Source: Eukaryota sp. GEM-RC1 | Taxonomy: Eukaryota | Assembly: GCA_040285855.1 (NCBI GenBank) | Contig: JAUFOQ010000003.1 | Coordinates: forward strand, 620,001 to 684,000 | DNA length: 64,000 nt | Direction of reading: 5' to 3' | Part shown: positions 61,376-64,000 of the stretch, one piece after another | How positions within the stretch are numbered: position 1 is the first letter of the stretch | Layout: each line of letters begins with the position of its first letter | The notes under the pieces: model-generated | The model's input: the letters and a program-made list of their open reading frames with translations, nothing else | The model's database searches: none | What the model was told of the DNA's origin: nothing | Position numbers and translations under genes: made by a program

Positions 61376-63319
61376 CTATTCAAACTTATTAATCGAGCTA
61401 AAGATCTTTCTAGTAAACATTGAACATCCGAAATACCCAACGGAACCTGCAAACAATCCAAAACCAAGAGTAGCAATAGAAATATAACACAGAAAAGTAA
61501 CAACCGAAGCTAACGAAACTAACTTCAAAGTAGAAACTAAATAATAAAGAGCATACGCAAAGAAGAAAACGGCAGAAAAGGCGGGGTAAAAGAACGACAT
61601 CCAATGCCAATGGTAATTCTCAGCACTAAATTGGAAGTAAACCAAGGAAATACTGATCTCAATACAAGTTACAACAAAAATAAAGAAAACCATAGTTAAA
61701 AAACCAAACATATAAAACAAATGAAACGTAGTCACTGAAGTCAAAATGAAATACAGCTCCACAAAAGTAGAACTAAAAGGCACAACTCCCGCCATTGGTA
61801 ACGAGAACATTGGCTTTACATACCAAGGCTGCTCAGGAATCTCTCTAGGAATAGAGTTTACAGCTATTGGAGGTTCAGACTTTGGCACTGAATACCCGTG
61901 GAAACTTCCAACGTAAACAAGGGGGACTGTGATTCCGAACCAAAGGATGGTTAGGACTAACAATGTGGAGAACTTTACAGCTTGAGAGCTTCCTTGGGCA
62001 GTTAGAATAAGGTCGGTGGCAAACCAAACAGCAAACACAAAACCAGGGAATAATAGAGAAGTTCTAAGGGTTGTCCTCTTCCAATGTTTTCCACTAAAGT
62101 TCTTATAGACTCTTGCTGAGGTGTACCCAGCAGCATATCCTCCTAGAACAAAGAAGACCAGCAATGACGTCATCAGAGCTCCTCTATGAGCTGGTGATAG
62201 GAATCCAAGGACTGCAAAGAGCAGCGTGGCACAGAGCATGACTCCTATTTGAACACCACTTCCAATACAAGAAGCAAAGAACGAAGGGAATCTTGGAGGT
62301 CTAAAAACATCTCCATGGATCATCTTCCAGCCATAGTCTTCTTCATACTCGTCTAAAGAAGGATTATTGTATCTAAAGAGATCACTCTTAAGAGTACGGG
62401 TCAGAATCATAGCGACAATGACAGTCAAAAAGGCCACAATCAACAACGCGTGTATAACTGAGAACCACTGGAACTCTCGATGAGCCTGGAAGAAGTAGTT
62501 ATCCCATCTACTTTTCCAAGGGATATTAGAGGGAATAAACCTAGTTTCATAAGTCCAGTAGACTTGGTTAGTTGTCTTTCCTTCCTTCAATACCATTGGT
62601 TGTGAGACTAAAGACTCGTCGTATTCGACTATCCTACCATTCTCAACTTTGGCATTGGCCTTCTTCCAGTCAACAGAGAAGTATTCCACTTCGAAACCAA
62701 CAACACGGGCAACAAAGGGATCATTGGGGGAGGATTCTGTGGGGGAAACTTTGTAGTAGAGGATGTTGATTCTGTGGTGGTTGTGGAGGATTGTTTTGTC
62801 TTTAGAGAAGACGTGACCAAGAGGAAAGCCCTGTTCATAGATAGATTCGGCGACTTTCACAAAGACAGAGAGGTTGTCGAGTATCCAATTGATACGGTAC
62901 TTCTGGGAGATGTGACGTTTGAGAGAGTTGAGTTGAGAGTCCGTGTAGTCTTTTGTGCAGAGGATTCGAGGCTGTGAGTCTGGTTTGTTCATTTGGATTT
63001 GATAAAGAGAAGACTGACGAACATGGCCAGAGATTAAGTCACCCAGGTTGCGCTTGTCTTCAATGAGCTTGTCTGGTTTGCAGAGAGGGAGGTCGTAGGG
63101 TTTGAAAGGAATTGTGGTGATGTTGGAGGTGAGATGAGATGCCCATAGAGGAATAGTATCTCCTTCTTGCCAGTTGACCATTTGGATTCCAGGCAAATGG
63201 AAGTCATTTGCTTTGGACAGAACAAAGATGAGAAGAGCTACAAGGCCTACAACTGCTCCTGTTTGAATGAACAGACGAGTCTTTGGGGGTAAGTCCTTGT
63301 ACTTTGTTGTAAGAGCCAT
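61376..63319 (-). CDS. Transmembrane 9 superfamily protein (nonaspanin/EMP70, TM9SF2/4-like)
   Basis: NWILDNL, WKSRWDNY, QWFS, GWKMIHGDVFRPP, NSIPREIPEQPWY, ENYHWHW; intact 647 aa. Confidence 0.96.
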   Translation of the reverse strand: MALTTKYKDLPPKTRLFIQTGAVVGLVALLIFVLSKANDFHLPGIQMVNWQEGDTIPLWASHLTSNITTIPFKPYDLPLCKPDKLIEDKRNLGDLISGHVRQSSLYQIQMNKPDSQPRILCTKDYTDSQLNSLKRHISQKYRINWILDNLSVFVKVAESIYEQGFPLGHVFSKDKTILHNHHRINILYYKVSPTESSPNDPFVARVVGFEVEYFSVDWKKANAKVENGRIVEYDESLVSQPMVLKEGKTTNQVYWTYETRFIPSNIPWKSRWDNYFFQAHREFQWFSVIHALLIVAFLTVIVAMILTRTLKSDLFRYNNPSLDEYEEDYGWKMIHGDVFRPPRFPSFFASCIGSGVQIGVMLCATLLFAVLGFLSPAHRGALMTSLLVFFVLGGYAAGYTSARVYKNFSGKHWKRTTLRTSLLFPGFVFAVWFATDLILTAQGSSQAVKFSTLLVLTILWFGITVPLVYVGSFHGYSVPKSEPPIAVNSIPREIPEQPWYVKPMFSLPMAGVVPFSSTFVELYFILTSVTTFHLFYMFGFLTMVFFIFVVTCIEISISLVYFQFSAENYHWHWMSFFYPAFSAVFFFAYALYYLVSTLKLVSLASVVTFLCYISIATLGFGLFAGSVGYFGCSMFTRKIFSSINKFE

Positions 63320-63479
63320 TGGTCCTTTTATAGAGTGAATTTGAATTTAAATTGCAATTGGGCTAAACATCGAGTCACTGAATCAAACATTCATTGCTGT
63401 TTTTTATTTGTCACAACTGTGTTTCTGTACATAATCTCTTACTCTTGAGACTGTTGGTTGTATTAGAACAATATGATTC

Positions 63480-63553
63480 ATCGTTTTGTTTGGATTTAAT
63501 CTTAACATTATTTGTGTGTAGCAAGGTTACGTTATTGAGTACCGAATAAAGTC
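63480..63553 (+). mobile_element. Short 3'-end fragment of the 55701-56835 non-LTR family
   Basis: GTTTGGATTTAATCTTA..ATTATTTG..GTAG.AAGGTTAC.TTATTG.GT.CCGAATAAA matches 56748-56831. Confidence 0.6.
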
Positions 63554-64000
63554 TTTTCGGGTCAATCTCAGGTCATCTATATTATTCGTAATATCAAGTC
63601 AATTTACAGTAAAGTAAATTTGGATGACCCTGCTTAGTGCAATCAAAAGTTACATTCATGATTTGTATTTGTTACATTTGCTATTTCTATTCTTCGTCGA
63701 ATTGGTGAAATGGCTTCTCAGTATTAACTTGAATCAAGATTGATTTATTCAAGGTCTTTATTTTGTATCCACGCGGATGTCTCAGAACAAGAGATTCAAC
63801 TTATTAATTTTGTAAACACTGTTTGTAATAATATCCCAAATCATAACTTCCGATCTATGTCCAAATTAGTGCTTGAACGATGATAGTATCAGTAAGATGA
63901 AAAGAACTTTTGTACTGTTGACCTGAGGTCTTCTGTTTCTGGTGTTTCATAGATTACGTTATTGTTATTATGTTTGTCTGTTTTCATCTAAAAACTGTTA

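Noticed and set aside
63560..64000. Possible degenerate retroelement coding remnant at the window end
   Set aside because: Interrupted frames and no diagnostic motif within the window
1..64000. Alternative genetic code, tRNA or rRNA genes
   Set aside because: Conserved genes translate with the standard code and end in TAA, TAG or TGA; no RNA gene recognised by eye (not a computational exclusion)

Overview
Compact, AT-rich genome of a microbial eukaryote (probably a protist; lineage not determinable from the window). Host genes: RPL15, a coiled-coil/acidic/PH-domain protein, three near-identical DEK1-like transmembrane calpains (about 23 hydrophobic segments, charged linker, CysPc, C2L), KEOPS subunit Pcc1 and a stefin-type cystatin (both intron-split and not recovered intact by the ORF track), a VAMP7-like longin SNARE, an MFSD8-like transporter, a BTB-BTB-Sel1 protein and a TM9SF/EMP70 nonaspanin. 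A large share of the window is mobile DNA: two MULE elements, three copies of a ~990-bp TA-target MITE, a deleted pogo element, four hAT derivatives, several CRE-like RLE non-LTR retrotransposons, a full-length Ty3/gypsy element with 84-bp LTRs, and a 934-bp gag-only LTR element. Most notable: (1) both LTR elements lack a tRNA primer-binding site next to the LTR and instead have CA + 8-nt AT palindrome + TG with the same symmetry axis, plus near-identical PPT/LTR junctions, suggesting a shared tRNA-independent priming system with autonomous and gag-only members; (2) the calpain triplet differs mainly in the length of an E/R/K single-alpha-helix-like linker; (3) 28-34 nt introns and very short intergenic spacers. 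Many single-base frameshifts look like assembly errors. All family calls come from motif recognition by eye; no database searches were run.
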